A stretch of DNA of 44,947 bases from an uncultured Methanosarcinales archaeon (GTDB taxonomy: Archaea > Nanobdellota > Nanobdellia > Woesearchaeales > CAZYIM01): positions 1-44,947 of the forward strand of contig CAZYIM010000021.1 of NCBI GenBank assembly GCA_964647565.1, given 5' to 3'. Position 1 is the first letter of the stretch. Each line of letters opens with the position of its first letter. Below are positions 9,550 to 19,140 of this stretch, piece by piece. Under the pieces are notes generated by a model. That model had not been told where the DNA came from. It saw only the letters and a program-made list of their open reading frames with translations, and did no database searches. The position numbers and the translations under genes were made by a program.

Positions 9550-10425
9550 TTAATGTTCCAAGTTATCATTTAAATACGCATCTAGATCCTGTTGATTTCT
9601 CTCTTGAAAGATCTGTTCATAATGATGCAATCTTTTCTCTAGTCTATTTTTATTACACTGATAACCATGTCCAAAGGATAATAATCCAATCAAACCCGCA
9701 GCCATAACCGTCCTTACAACTCTTCTGTGAGGCTTCGCTATTTGTAATACAATATCTGAGTTAGTATCTTTTTCTTGGAAATCTTTTAATCGTCTCTCAA
9801 GAAAAGATGTATCTACACCTTCGTGCCCTAACTCTCTAATTCCATTTCTTAATGAATTCAACCTTTTTTGAAGTTTTTGTGAAACATTTTCTTTAGATTT
9901 TTCATATTTATCAATTTCATTAACAAGAGTTATCGTGCTATCTATTTTTCCGAGAATATATTCCTCCGCTCTTTCATAATTTTTTTTTACTATTTCTTGT
10001 GCCTTTGCTTCATCAAAATCAACTCTGAGCTCTTGTGCAACTTCTCTGGCATATTTCAAACTTATTTTACCAAAATCTCCGAATTCAAATTCATTTTCCG
10101 GATTATGTTTAGGAGAATATCTCGTAGCTTCGTCTATATACTCTTCAACCCTTTTTTGCCCCTTTGAGTGTCTACAGATTGTTGCTAATCTATGAATATC
10201 TTTTTTCAAGGAACTGGGCAGAGAATATATAGTTCTAACCAGCCTAAATATTATATCAATTTCTGATCTAGCTTCACCTTCTAATGCACATTTTGATAGG
10301 TTCAATAAAACATGTTGTCCTAAAGTTCCTTCATATTCACCTTTTTTTTGCTCAGCTAGGTAACTTAATCCGTCTTCTACTTTCTGAGTCAATTCTGATA
10401 TGTTTGTTTTTCGATTTTCTGCCAT
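9550..10425 (-). CDS. Hypothetical coiled-coil protein with C-terminal TM
   Basis: 291-aa ORF; helical and charged; TM VMAAGLIGLLSFG. Confidence 0.7.
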   Translation of the reverse strand: MAENRKTNISELTQKVEDGLSYLAEQKKGEYEGTLGQHVLLNLSKCALEGEARSEIDIIFRLVRTIYSLPSSLKKDIHRLATICRHSKGQKRVEEYIDEATRYSPKHNPENEFEFGDFGKISLKYAREVAQELRVDFDEAKAQEIVKKNYERAEEYILGKIDSTITLVNEIDKYEKSKENVSQKLQKRLNSLRNGIRELGHEGVDTSFLERRLKDFQEKDTNSDIVLQIAKPHRRVVRTVMAAGLIGLLSFGHGYQCNKNRLEKRLHHYEQIFQERNQQDLDAYLNDNLEH

Positions 10426-10520
10426 TTTGATTACTAGATAGTGGATTCCGTAGAGATATATAAAACTTTGTTGTGGAAAATAAACGACATATTTATATAC
10501 TATTAAATTAAACTAGTTGT

Positions 10521-11210
10521 ATGAAGGAAGAAATACTAAGATCATTGGGTTTAAGCGATAAAGAAATCAAGATTTATCTGGCGAGCCTTCAACTAGGCTC
10601 CAGTTTAGTGCAAAACATAGCTAATTTTGCAGAGTTGAATAGAACTTCTGCCTATGATTTGCTCAAATCGTTAGAACAAAAAGGATTTGTCAGTTATACA
10701 ATTCAATCTGGAAAGCGATTATATCAAGCAACACAACCAAACAAAATCATTGACATGCTAAAAGAAAGAGAAGAATTAGTAAAAAAGATTCTCCCGGAAT
10801 TAAACACTCTTTCTGGAAGTATAGGGAAAAGACCTAAGGTTGAAGTTTATACTGGTAAAGATGGCTTAAAATCCATTTTCGAGAATATACTGATAGAAGC
10901 AAAATCATTTTCTTGCATTGCTTCAAAAAATCAATTATTCAAACTTTTTGAATTCTATTTTCCACACTTTGTAGATAGAAGAAAGAAGAAAGGAATTAAA
11001 GTAAGGATCATCAGTGAAGTCCGGCCTTTTGACAAAACTGCACCTTATAAAATAGTTAAAAAGAAAATTAAAACTGCAACTTGGCTATATAATGAAAAAA
11101 TTGCAATGATTTCTCTAGAAGAAAAAGAGCCGATAGGAATCTTAATTGATGAAAAGAATTATTATGAAACTCACAAAATGATGTTTGATTTACTTTGGGA
11201 AAACATTTAA
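10521..11210 (+). CDS. TrmB-family transcriptional regulator
   Basis: L..LGLS.KE..IY..L wHTH, R.S.Y..L..L..KG.V, VEVY.G..G, F..LW. Confidence 0.9.
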   Translation: MKEEILRSLGLSDKEIKIYLASLQLGSSLVQNIANFAELNRTSAYDLLKSLEQKGFVSYTIQSGKRLYQATQPNKIIDMLKEREELVKKILPELNTLSGSIGKRPKVEVYTGKDGLKSIFENILIEAKSFSCIASKNQLFKLFEFYFPHFVDRRKKKGIKVRIISEVRPFDKTAPYKIVKKKIKTATWLYNEKIAMISLEEKEPIGILIDEKNYYETHKMMFDLLWENI

Positions 11211-11382
11211 GATTCTTTAAAATAATATAAGCCCGCATATTCTCTTGTTTTTAGAAATGCTTAGAAATTGTAAAACCAATAAGGAATATCAGATCTTAAA
11301 GATGGATTAATTCTTTTTCTTTTTTTCAACTCTTCACAGGAATATAAAGATTTTTAAATCACAACCTTTCACAATCAGCATT

Positions 11383-11874
11383 ATGTATGATCCAAAAAAA
11401 GCCCATTATCTGGTTGTGACAGGAATCATTGTAAAAGATGGAAAATATCTAATCACAAAAAGAGCGCCAACAGAAAAAGCATTTCCAAATCAATGGACTG
11501 TTCCAGGCGGAAAGTTAGAACTGGATGATTACGCAAAGAGACCAAAAGATACTTCTGCTCATTGGTATAATGTTTTTGAAGACGTGTTAAAAAGAGAAGT
11601 CACAGAAGAAGTTGGCTTAACCATGAAAAACATTCGTTATTTAACAAGCCTTTCTTATATTCGTTCAGACAATATACCTACAATAATTGTCAGCCTTTTT
11701 GCAGACCATCATAAAAGGGATGTCAAACTTTGTCCTGCCCTCACAGATCACGCATGGGTAACTCTTGAAGAATCCAGGAATTACGACCTGATTGAAGGAA
11801 TCTATGAAGAATTAGAAATGCTTGATAGACTTCTTAAAGGTGAAGAAGTTGGCAGCTGGGAAAAGAAAGAATAG
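11383..11874 (+). CDS. NUDIX hydrolase
   Basis: WTVPGGKLE...KREVTEEVGL Nudix box with an insertion. Confidence 0.9.
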   Translation: MYDPKKAHYLVVTGIIVKDGKYLITKRAPTEKAFPNQWTVPGGKLELDDYAKRPKDTSAHWYNVFEDVLKREVTEEVGLTMKNIRYLTSLSYIRSDNIPTIIVSLFADHHKRDVKLCPALTDHAWVTLEESRNYDLIEGIYEELEMLDRLLKGEEVGSWEKKE

Positions 11875-11902
11875 TTATTGCTTGGAGAACTTAGGTTAAA
11901 AA

Positions 11903-12118
11903 ATGGACCCTTTCATGGCAATCAGATCAGGCATCTTCTTAGTAGGCGGCCTGGTCAGCATTATCTTTCGAAAACAACTCGATAATATCAAGAATAGTCT
12001 GTTTACAAGACTTAACATATATAAAGTGGGGAAAGACGAAAAAAAAGCTTATGTCAATATTGGAATACTCTTGATGATCATCTCAATAGTCTTGTTTGTG
12101 ATTGCAGTGGCCAGTTGA
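11903..12118 (+). CDS. Small two-TM membrane protein
   Basis: Two hydrophobic segments; directly follows the NUDIX gene. Confidence 0.65.
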   Translation: MDPFMAIRSGIFLVGGLVSIIFRKQLDNIKNSLFTRLNIYKVGKDEKKAYVNIGILLMIISIVLFVIAVAS

Positions 12119-12209
12119 ATTTTCCTTCTTTTTTAACAATCTTTTCTAGAACTGCAGCAACTGTCAAAGGGATATCAACTAAAATTAATTCATGAGACTG
12201 GATTATCCG

Positions 12210-12956
12210 TCATTTTATCTCTCTTAATCTTGATTTAGGCTGAATTTTCCCCAGTTTCCAGAGCTGTTCGAAATGTTTCCTATAACTATCAGCTAACTCC
12301 CTATTTTTCATCAATACAATTGTAAGGGGTTCCCAAACTAAATTCATAACCCTGTCAGAATACGCCGCTATTGGCGTTGGATCAAAGAATTTATTTGGAA
12401 CAAATCTATATGTTGCAGTTCCAGTATCATAAATGATCTTTGTTTCATCGCTTGTTAAAATTCTTTCCTTTATACCAAGTTCCTTTTGTCTTCTGACATG
12501 TTGACGTATTACTGTTTCAGAAAAAGTCTTGATGAATTTCTCCTCATCAACACCCAACCAAATTAAGTCTGATTTTGTACTTAACATATCTTTTAGAACT
12601 GTTTTAAATCCTTCAATTCCCCTATAAACTTCAACTATCACCTCATCTTGTGAGGATGATCTAATTTTTTTCAGTTCAGGAATAATTTTATTTATTTGAG
12701 AACTCAAATCCTCAACATGTCTGATTAATTTTTCAGGTTCAGTTGCTTGATAATAATTAATATTATTCTTGATAACTGAACTAACAAGCCCTTTATTTAA
12801 TAATTTGTCCAGAAAATCATAAATGGATGTTCGATGAAGTTTAGTTTCTAATTTTATTTTATGAACATTGACAGAGCCCAATTTTAGTAACGCCAAATAT
12901 ACTTTGATTTCTCCATCATTTAATCCAACCTTTTTAAGTACTGTTTGAATGTCCAT
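12210..12956 (-). CDS. TrmB-family transcriptional regulator
   Basis: LKKVGLNDGEIKVYLALL, HRTSIYDFL..L..KGLV, VEVYRG.EG, FEQLW. Confidence 0.9.
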   Translation of the reverse strand: MDIQTVLKKVGLNDGEIKVYLALLKLGSVNVHKIKLETKLHRTSIYDFLDKLLNKGLVSSVIKNNINYYQATEPEKLIRHVEDLSSQINKIIPELKKIRSSSQDEVIVEVYRGIEGFKTVLKDMLSTKSDLIWLGVDEEKFIKTFSETVIRQHVRRQKELGIKERILTSDETKIIYDTGTATYRFVPNKFFDPTPIAAYSDRVMNLVWEPLTIVLMKNRELADSYRKHFEQLWKLGKIQPKSRLREIK

Positions 12957-12986
12957 ATAACTAGAAAAATAACACAGCTTTATAAG

Positions 12987-13008
12987 TGTTGTCATTTTTA
13001 TGACAGCA
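12987..13008. promoter_or_regulatory. Inverted-repeat operator candidate in TrmB divergon
   Basis: TGTTGTCAT-TTTT-ATGACAGCA between two TATA-like boxes. Confidence 0.5.
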
Positions 13009-13042
13009 CAAATATAAATATTCTAATGTCAACTCTTATTAT

Positions 13043-13471
13043 ATGGCACTCAAAAACAAAATCATACAATCATTGAAAATTGCCGGAATTGTCACAGGAA
13101 TAGCTTTAGCAATAACGCACCCAATATATCTTGATTATGTGGTAAATGGCCCCTATGAAAGAACTGTATTGGAAGAAATAAACCCTCCAGGCTTGCTCTC
13201 ATTTACCGGACTTGTGAATGAAAACAGAGACAACTCTCCAAGAGTTTTCGATTATGAAAACAAAGATAAAATAATAATTAGAACATCAAAAAGTCCTGCA
13301 CATTGGCTAGGAGTGGATTTAATTGGCTCTCGCCAAAACGGTTTTGAATATGCAAAAATTCCGGCGCCAGTTAGAGGATTAGGTGTCCTCACAGCTAATT
13401 CACATCATCCACACTGGGAAAAATTCAAAGCAACATATAACAAACTCTTTGAAGAATATGAATCAAGATAA
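13043..13471 (+). CDS. Hypothetical exported/membrane-anchored protein
   Basis: N-terminal basic + hydrophobic segment; divergent from TrmB. Confidence 0.7.
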   Translation: MALKNKIIQSLKIAGIVTGIALAITHPIYLDYVVNGPYERTVLEEINPPGLLSFTGLVNENRDNSPRVFDYENKDKIIIRTSKSPAHWLGVDLIGSRQNGFEYAKIPAPVRGLGVLTANSHHPHWEKFKATYNKLFEEYESR

Positions 13472-13569
13472 TTGCACTTTCGATCTTTGATCCCGATTTC
13501 TTTATATGTGTAGTGTTTTTAAACCAAATCCAAACTTAGTGGATTCCTGGCTTTCAGGGCATATAGGCT

Positions 13570-15108
13570 TTACTTTGCATACCAATCAAACTTCAACTTA
13601 ACGCCCTGCTCCCTTCTTCTTAATATGTCTTGAGAACGTCTGTTCCATAGACCATTAATTGTATTTCGCTTTATAGCCTTGACAAGGTAAGGGTCCTCTG
13701 TGTGCGGAGAATGACTATTGTATCGTATCTCATATGCTAATAAATCAACAACACCCCTGCTTTTCATCTGAGTAATCTCTGCATAAGCCTTCTCTTCGTA
13801 GCTGCTTGGAAAACCTGAAGCTTCATCAATCATTTCCCATGTTTCAGCAAACCTGGTAAAATCTTTGTCCATTATATAGGATTGGGCCATCCAATAAAGA
13901 GCATCGTTCCTGCATTTTCCCCCTCTTTGTATCAACCTGTTGAAAAACATTTCACTCCTTTCATCATATAACTCAAAGACCTCATCCAGGGATCCAAAGC
14001 CATTCCTTTCCACTGCCCTCTCAACAGACTCATATACTTCCTTGACCACCAAAGCCTTAGGTTTTCTTAACTCATAATTACTGCCAGTCAGCTCACCATC
14101 TAAGACCTTTTCTGCAATTGCATATGTTTTCCTTAATTGCCTCAAAGCCCTTTTCTCTCTGACATAACTGAATGCAAAGTCACCAAAAAATTCTGCAGCA
14201 ACTTTGGACTCGGGATGTGCATTTACAACTGGCATGATATGTTTTTCTATCAATTTCCAATGATACATGGCCTCAAGGAATGATACGGATCTCTCAATCT
14301 CAATATAGGGCACATTTTGAACTGTATAATACATATACGGTTCACAGAGCACCCACTCCCTGATCTTTCTGGTAAGAGCAGGCAGATCACCTGCATCAAG
14401 ATCATACTTCTCCAGATATTCAGTGGCAAACAGCTGAACTTTCTGATCATCCCGCATATTTACAAACCTCAATACCTCCCGTTTCATGTCATAATCATCC
14501 ATACCCAGCAGAGGCCTGTCTTCTGGTTTTAATCCTGCTCTAGCTCTCCTTGTATCCTGGGTCTTAGGTATTTTAGACTCATCCATCAAAAAAACTTCAA
14601 ATCTATTCTCGCTTGTCTCTTTCTTTACAGGCGCCTTGTCATTCCTGGCCAATTTGACAGCGCCCGAATCTCCAATTCTCGATGAACTAATATCCTGATA
14701 GCCCACCTCAAAATAGAATAGTCCTGCGCCCAGCTCAATAAGCTCTTCTAATGGCGAGACCCTAAAAGCAAACTGCTTGAGATTATCCCCCCAACCAGCC
14801 AGTTCCAACTTTCTCTCATCTGTAGGCCAATTCCCGCGATACTCATCTAACTTTGCAAGCGCGGAATCCAGGTTATGTACAAAAGGTTCAACCTGTTCAG
14901 AAACCTTTTTTGGCGAAAGAGACTTTTCAGCATCTTGCTTTGAATCCTTATTCATCAAGCCAATGACAGAAAGAATAGCCAGATGGGCCAGCACAGATAC
15001 AGTCAATGCAGTACGCATCGGACTCCTTTTCTTCTTACGATCAGGCCTGTTACCTAATGATGGAATCTTCATATCACTCTTGTCAATAAGATAATTTTCA
15101 ATGCACAT
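13570..15108 (-). CDS. Hypothetical membrane-anchored helical protein (TPR-like C-terminal part)
   Basis: TM ALTVSVLAHLAILSVIGL; RNDALYWMAQSY is TPR-like. Confidence 0.7.
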   Translation of the reverse strand: MCIENYLIDKSDMKIPSLGNRPDRKKKRSPMRTALTVSVLAHLAILSVIGLMNKDSKQDAEKSLSPKKVSEQVEPFVHNLDSALAKLDEYRGNWPTDERKLELAGWGDNLKQFAFRVSPLEELIELGAGLFYFEVGYQDISSSRIGDSGAVKLARNDKAPVKKETSENRFEVFLMDESKIPKTQDTRRARAGLKPEDRPLLGMDDYDMKREVLRFVNMRDDQKVQLFATEYLEKYDLDAGDLPALTRKIREWVLCEPYMYYTVQNVPYIEIERSVSFLEAMYHWKLIEKHIMPVVNAHPESKVAAEFFGDFAFSYVREKRALRQLRKTYAIAEKVLDGELTGSNYELRKPKALVVKEVYESVERAVERNGFGSLDEVFELYDERSEMFFNRLIQRGGKCRNDALYWMAQSYIMDKDFTRFAETWEMIDEASGFPSSYEEKAYAEITQMKSRGVVDLLAYEIRYNSHSPHTEDPYLVKAIKRNTINGLWNRRSQDILRRREQGVKLKFDWYAK

Positions 15109-15189
15109 CTAAACATCCACCTGTATCACGTTAAAAAACTATAGATATATAAACTTATGCTTCGATTTATAAAGTCCATAACCTGAATT

Positions 15190-15636
15190 TTACTCAAGCA
15201 TAGACTTCCTGAAGAACTCCCTCATATTATCATGATCCAGTCTTTTCATCACTTCTTTTGCACTAAAGAACCTGACTTCATCAATCTCATCATCCTGCGG
15301 ACCAATATCCGAACCATCGCCAAGATATTCAACCAAAAAGACCGTTGTCTCCTGCCTTTCAAAGCCGAGCTTTTCCTGGACATCCTTGGCAAATGCAAAA
15401 CAGAGCTTTTCATCAAGCTCTCTTATCACTTTATACCTATCAGAGCCAGTCTCTTCTTTCAACTCCCTAAGGACTGCCTTAGAAAGATCCTCACCATCCA
15501 TAACACCTCCCTTGGAGATATCCCATTCCCCTTCAATCTCTTCAGGGCCGTCCTTTCCATCCATCATTTTGACCTTATGCACCAACAGGAACATCTCGCC
15601 TTTCCTTACAATCGCCCCAACAGCTTGTCTTATCAT
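15190..15636 (-). CDS. NUDIX hydrolase (RppH/Ap4A-hydrolase-like)
   Basis: KGG...GE...AVLRELKEETG. Confidence 0.9.
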   Translation of the reverse strand: MIRQAVGAIVRKGEMFLLVHKVKMMDGKDGPEEIEGEWDISKGGVMDGEDLSKAVLRELKEETGSDRYKVIRELDEKLCFAFAKDVQEKLGFERQETTVFLVEYLGDGSDIGPQDDEIDEVRFFSAKEVMKRLDHDNMREFFRKSMLE

Positions 15637-15719
15637 ACAATCCTTGAATCTTACCTCCTATATAAAAGTTTGCGCCTGATTTTGGTAAAATTAATAAACA
15701 ACCAAACAAGACAATATTT

Positions 15720-16742
15720 ATGATTAAAATCCACAAGCATGATTGGGAAAAATATCTGGAGAGAGAACAACCTTTGTTTCTTTTTGCGTCAATCGATGAT
15801 CCATATGGCGAGATGCTGAAGAAAGCGACTGGTTTTGGCTTCTCAAAGCAGCTTTATTATTTTAGAGGCAAGATAGGCGTATTTTACAAGCTAAAAAAAG
15901 AGTTGTCTGAAGCAGACAGCCATTATGCAGGTTTGATTGCTAAAAAAGATCCCAGAATTGAAACCTGGATACAAAAAGAAAAGGCGAGCCATGAATTGGC
16001 AAAGTCCCTGACCACAGACATGCCCCTCAAAGAGATTGTCAGTAAATTCCAGGAAATTCTTCTCTACAATACAACCATACCATTCCGTCTTTTATCTGCA
16101 TCAAAAAAAGTGAAACCAGATAAAAAACTATTCGAACAGCTGGAGAAAATCCGTCTTCATTCAGTATATCCTAACATCCTAGACATATTCTTGCCAAAAG
16201 TGTTCAAAAAACTTAGCCAAAAGTCAGGGATTCCAAAAGGACTATTGTTCTTATGCACGCCTGAAGAATTAATTTCAATTGACCAAGGCTCCAAGACAAT
16301 ATCTGAATCCGATCTAAAACTCCGTATGAAGGGCTGTTATTTCATCAAGGATAAAGAATGGAAATTCATACAGTCGCCAATCGATAAATATGCTGTGGTC
16401 AGCAGTCGAAATGAACTAAAGGGTTCTATTGCCTTTCGAGGGTCTGCAAAAGGCAAAGTGAAAATAATCAACAAGACAGCTGACATGCCTAAATTCTCTA
16501 AAGGCGACGTGCTTGTCTCAATCAATACAAACCCATCATTAATGCCTGTCATTAAGATAAGCAATGCAATTGTCACAGATGAAGGAGGTATCACTTGTCA
16601 CGCTTCAATTGTTGCCAGGGAGTTGAAGAAACCATGCATCATAGGCACTAAGGATGCAACAAAAGTGCTCAAAGATGGAGATTTAGTCGAAGTAGATGCC
16701 AACAAAGGAGTAGTAAGAATCCTCAAAAAGAATAAAGGTTAA
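15720..16742 (+). CDS. Protein with C-terminal PEP-utilising enzyme mobile (phospho-His) domain
   Basis: AIVTDEGGITCHASIVARELKKPCIIG...LKDGDLVEVDA..G.V; no ATP-grasp domain. Confidence 0.9.
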   Translation: MIKIHKHDWEKYLEREQPLFLFASIDDPYGEMLKKATGFGFSKQLYYFRGKIGVFYKLKKELSEADSHYAGLIAKKDPRIETWIQKEKASHELAKSLTTDMPLKEIVSKFQEILLYNTTIPFRLLSASKKVKPDKKLFEQLEKIRLHSVYPNILDIFLPKVFKKLSQKSGIPKGLLFLCTPEELISIDQGSKTISESDLKLRMKGCYFIKDKEWKFIQSPIDKYAVVSSRNELKGSIAFRGSAKGKVKIINKTADMPKFSKGDVLVSINTNPSLMPVIKISNAIVTDEGGITCHASIVARELKKPCIIGTKDATKVLKDGDLVEVDANKGVVRILKKNKG

Positions 16743-16744
16743 AA

Positions 16745-16999
16745 TTATCTGCTGGTAACAAAACCATACCTTACACATTTATTCATGGCCTTATTATGGC
16801 CTAACTTGTGTGCAATACGCTCAAGAACCCCGCATGGTACAGGTGCTGTATTGTGCCTTCTTATCTGGCTTTTCTCGCCATAGTCCCAATTGCCCTTATA
16901 TGTCTCTACCAGTTTCCATGTAGCTTCAACCCTAAGATAACCAGCATCATACATCTGCCTTAATCTTTGAGCTAAACCCATCTTATTGTCTTCCATCAT
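16745..16999 (-). CDS. Hypothetical protein
   Basis: 84-aa ORF convergent on the PEP-domain gene. Confidence 0.55.
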   Translation of the reverse strand: MMEDNKMGLAQRLRQMYDAGYLRVEATWKLVETYKGNWDYGEKSQIRRHNTAPVPCGVLERIAHKLGHNKAMNKCVRYGFVTSR

Positions 17000-17108
17000 C
17001 TAAGGAATACCATATTTCTTATTAATTTTTGGTTTTTCCCACATACCAAAGCATTTAAATAAGAGCGCTGCGAATTATAATACAAATTAATAAGATGAGG
17101 TGAATAAC

Positions 17109-17300
17109 ATGGCAAAATCAGTAAAAAAAGATAAATGTAAACCGCATCCAAACCTGTTCTGTGTTTCAGTCATGGCAGTTGCAATAATTGTCCTGACATG
17201 GCTAGCAAGTGTTTCTGCTACTTGGTCAAGAGTTATAGTCACAATATTGGCCGCAATAATACTTGTCAGAAGCATTGCAGTCAGCTGCTGCCATAAATAA
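17109..17300 (+). CDS. Small two-TM protein
   Basis: GAGGTGA SD; TTTAAATA box upstream; two TMs and a CC tail. Confidence 0.7.
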   Translation: MAKSVKKDKCKPHPNLFCVSVMAVAIIVLTWLASVSATWSRVIVTILAAIILVRSIAVSCCHK

Positions 17301-17352
17301 GCTTGCTTAAGTTCAGCTATGCTTTTCAATAAATTGAATCCGATATAGATTA

Positions 17353-18183
17353 TTACAACGTCTTATCATATCTCTGGAAGAACTGGTACATGTGACTAGC
17401 CTCTTTAGCAATTGCCGCATCATCTACAGAGACTATGTAATCCAGCAATCCTCCAAAATCATTGACCAATCTTCTCTGCAACCCGCCGCTTATCGGAGGA
17501 TAAGGGAACACGCCATCAATCTTCATGATGACAGGTATGTGATTGTAGACAGCACCGCCCAGCATGAACATGGTCTTTCGGTCAAGCTTTTCACCAGTAG
17601 GGAAATGTGCGACTATCATATCATAATCTTTCAGGTTTTCAAAATCCTCTATAATATCTGCAGACTTAAAGTGATAGTTCTTGTCTGGCCGTATCTTTTC
17701 TGCAAACTCAGCCATCCGGTCAAGACCCCTGTCAAGATCCCCGCAGAAATATATATCATTAATAGGGCCCAGCTTCTCAATCCTTTGTTTAGACTCTTTT
17801 GGAACAGGCTCCCAATCCTTAAGAAAGGGGATCAGACCGTTCTCAATGGATTTGAAATACTTAGAAGCTGTCTGTTCAAGAAGATCACTAACTTCATGCG
17901 CTTTAGGAAGCTCATTGGCTGTAAAAATATCATTGCCTGCAGCAAAAGCAGCACCCAATTCAACAAAGGTCATGACTCCAGGAGCCTTGCCTTCTGGAAA
18001 ACAAGCCACCATGGTCGGACATTCGATAGAACCCTCAAGATCATCTGTATTCATGGCATACATGGCAGCCTGCCTGTTATCCCTTGGATCACGAAACTTT
18101 ACATTCGGCAGGGCCTCGATGATCTGATCCCTGAAATTCTTGATATAGCTTCCTGCTAAATAGATATAGTTTGAATTATTCAT
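17353..18183 (-). CDS. Tandem nucleoside 2-deoxyribosyltransferase-like domain protein
   Basis: IYLAGS...DP...DL...G..T.VELG.A.A.G in the first half; degenerate repeat IYFCG...D.IVA...T.F.LG.A...IPV in the second half. Confidence 0.7.
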   Translation of the reverse strand: MNNSNYIYLAGSYIKNFRDQIIEALPNVKFRDPRDNRQAAMYAMNTDDLEGSIECPTMVACFPEGKAPGVMTFVELGAAFAAGNDIFTANELPKAHEVSDLLEQTASKYFKSIENGLIPFLKDWEPVPKESKQRIEKLGPINDIYFCGDLDRGLDRMAEFAEKIRPDKNYHFKSADIIEDFENLKDYDMIVAHFPTGEKLDRKTMFMLGGAVYNHIPVIMKIDGVFPYPPISGGLQRRLVNDFGGLLDYIVSVDDAAIAKEASHMYQFFQRYDKTL

Positions 18184-18282
18184 TATTACAACCCCCGAAA
18201 AACGAGTTTTAGAAACATTAACTATTATTTAAATCTTTGTCTAGGCAAACTTTAATAAATTAAGAAGCATTCCCTTTATTTC

Positions 18283-18600
18283 ATGAGTTCGATCGATGCC
18301 TTTGTAATTGACGTGGAATCATTAAGATTCTGCAGATCTGTTGAAGTATCTAAAGATACTGCTGAAGGATTCAATGTTTTGTTCTTAGGTGCTTTTGACA
18401 GGGTATGGGATCATGTTCAGATGGACATATTGCCAAAATATGAAGATATTGACTTGGATGATGGTTATGCTAGAAATATTACAACACCCATAACTCAAGC
18501 TGTCTGTGATAAATACGGATTTCAATTTAGTGATGGGTTAGCTCAGACCTATAAAGATGGATATAATATCATGACATTTAAATTTGAAAAAAAAGAATAA
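18283..18600 (+). CDS. Hypothetical protein
   Basis: 105-aa acidic ORF with TATA-like box upstream. Confidence 0.65.
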   Translation: MSSIDAFVIDVESLRFCRSVEVSKDTAEGFNVLFLGAFDRVWDHVQMDILPKYEDIDLDDGYARNITTPITQAVCDKYGFQFSDGLAQTYKDGYNIMTFKFEKKE

Positions 18601-18611
18601 GATTAGATTCT

Positions 18612-19004
18612 TTATTTATAATTCATCAAAAGAACAGGAAAGGTAAGAACATAATGTCCAGGACCTTCTAACGGATCAGGTTTAATGTGTGTGGTGTTTT
18701 CACCAGGTTTTCTATGATCGTCCATGGCCACAATACTCTTGTGTTTTGATAAGTGGGCATATTTGGTAGCTTCTTTATCCATTTCACGAAAACTCAGTGC
18801 TATTAGTTCGTTCTGGTTCCAACCCACATACTGCATATTGACTTTCATTTGAGTCTCTTTTACTACCTCAAGGGTATCCGGATCTATAGGATCTTCGCTT
18901 TTTATAGCTTTTTTATTCTCATTTAGGGTGTATGCATAATAGAATCCATTGTCTAATATCACTTTTGTAAGGTCATCATCGTTCTTTGTTATTGTTTTAT
19001 TCAT
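18612..19004 (-). CDS. Hypothetical protein
   Basis: GGAGG SD before ATG 19004. Confidence 0.65.
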   Translation of the reverse strand: MNKTITKNDDDLTKVILDNGFYYAYTLNENKKAIKSEDPIDPDTLEVVKETQMKVNMQYVGWNQNELIALSFREMDKEATKYAHLSKHKSIVAMDDHRKPGENTTHIKPDPLEGPGHYVLTFPVLLMNYK

Positions 19005-19140
19005 TTTTCCTCCATTAAATATGCTATAAATATTCAAATAGATATCTTTATGTTATATTTAAATATTGCGTATAATTGCTACTCAATAGTGAGAATTGGT
19101 TGGTGCCTGATATCTGATAATTTAAAATGAAAATTACGGA

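Noticed and set aside
15232..15723. 163-aa ORF overlapping the NUDIX gene
   Set aside because: Fully overlaps a clear NUDIX CDS in another frame; no independent support.
17392..18159. 255-aa + strand ORF
   Set aside because: Antisense shadow of the NDT-like gene; no motifs and atypical composition.
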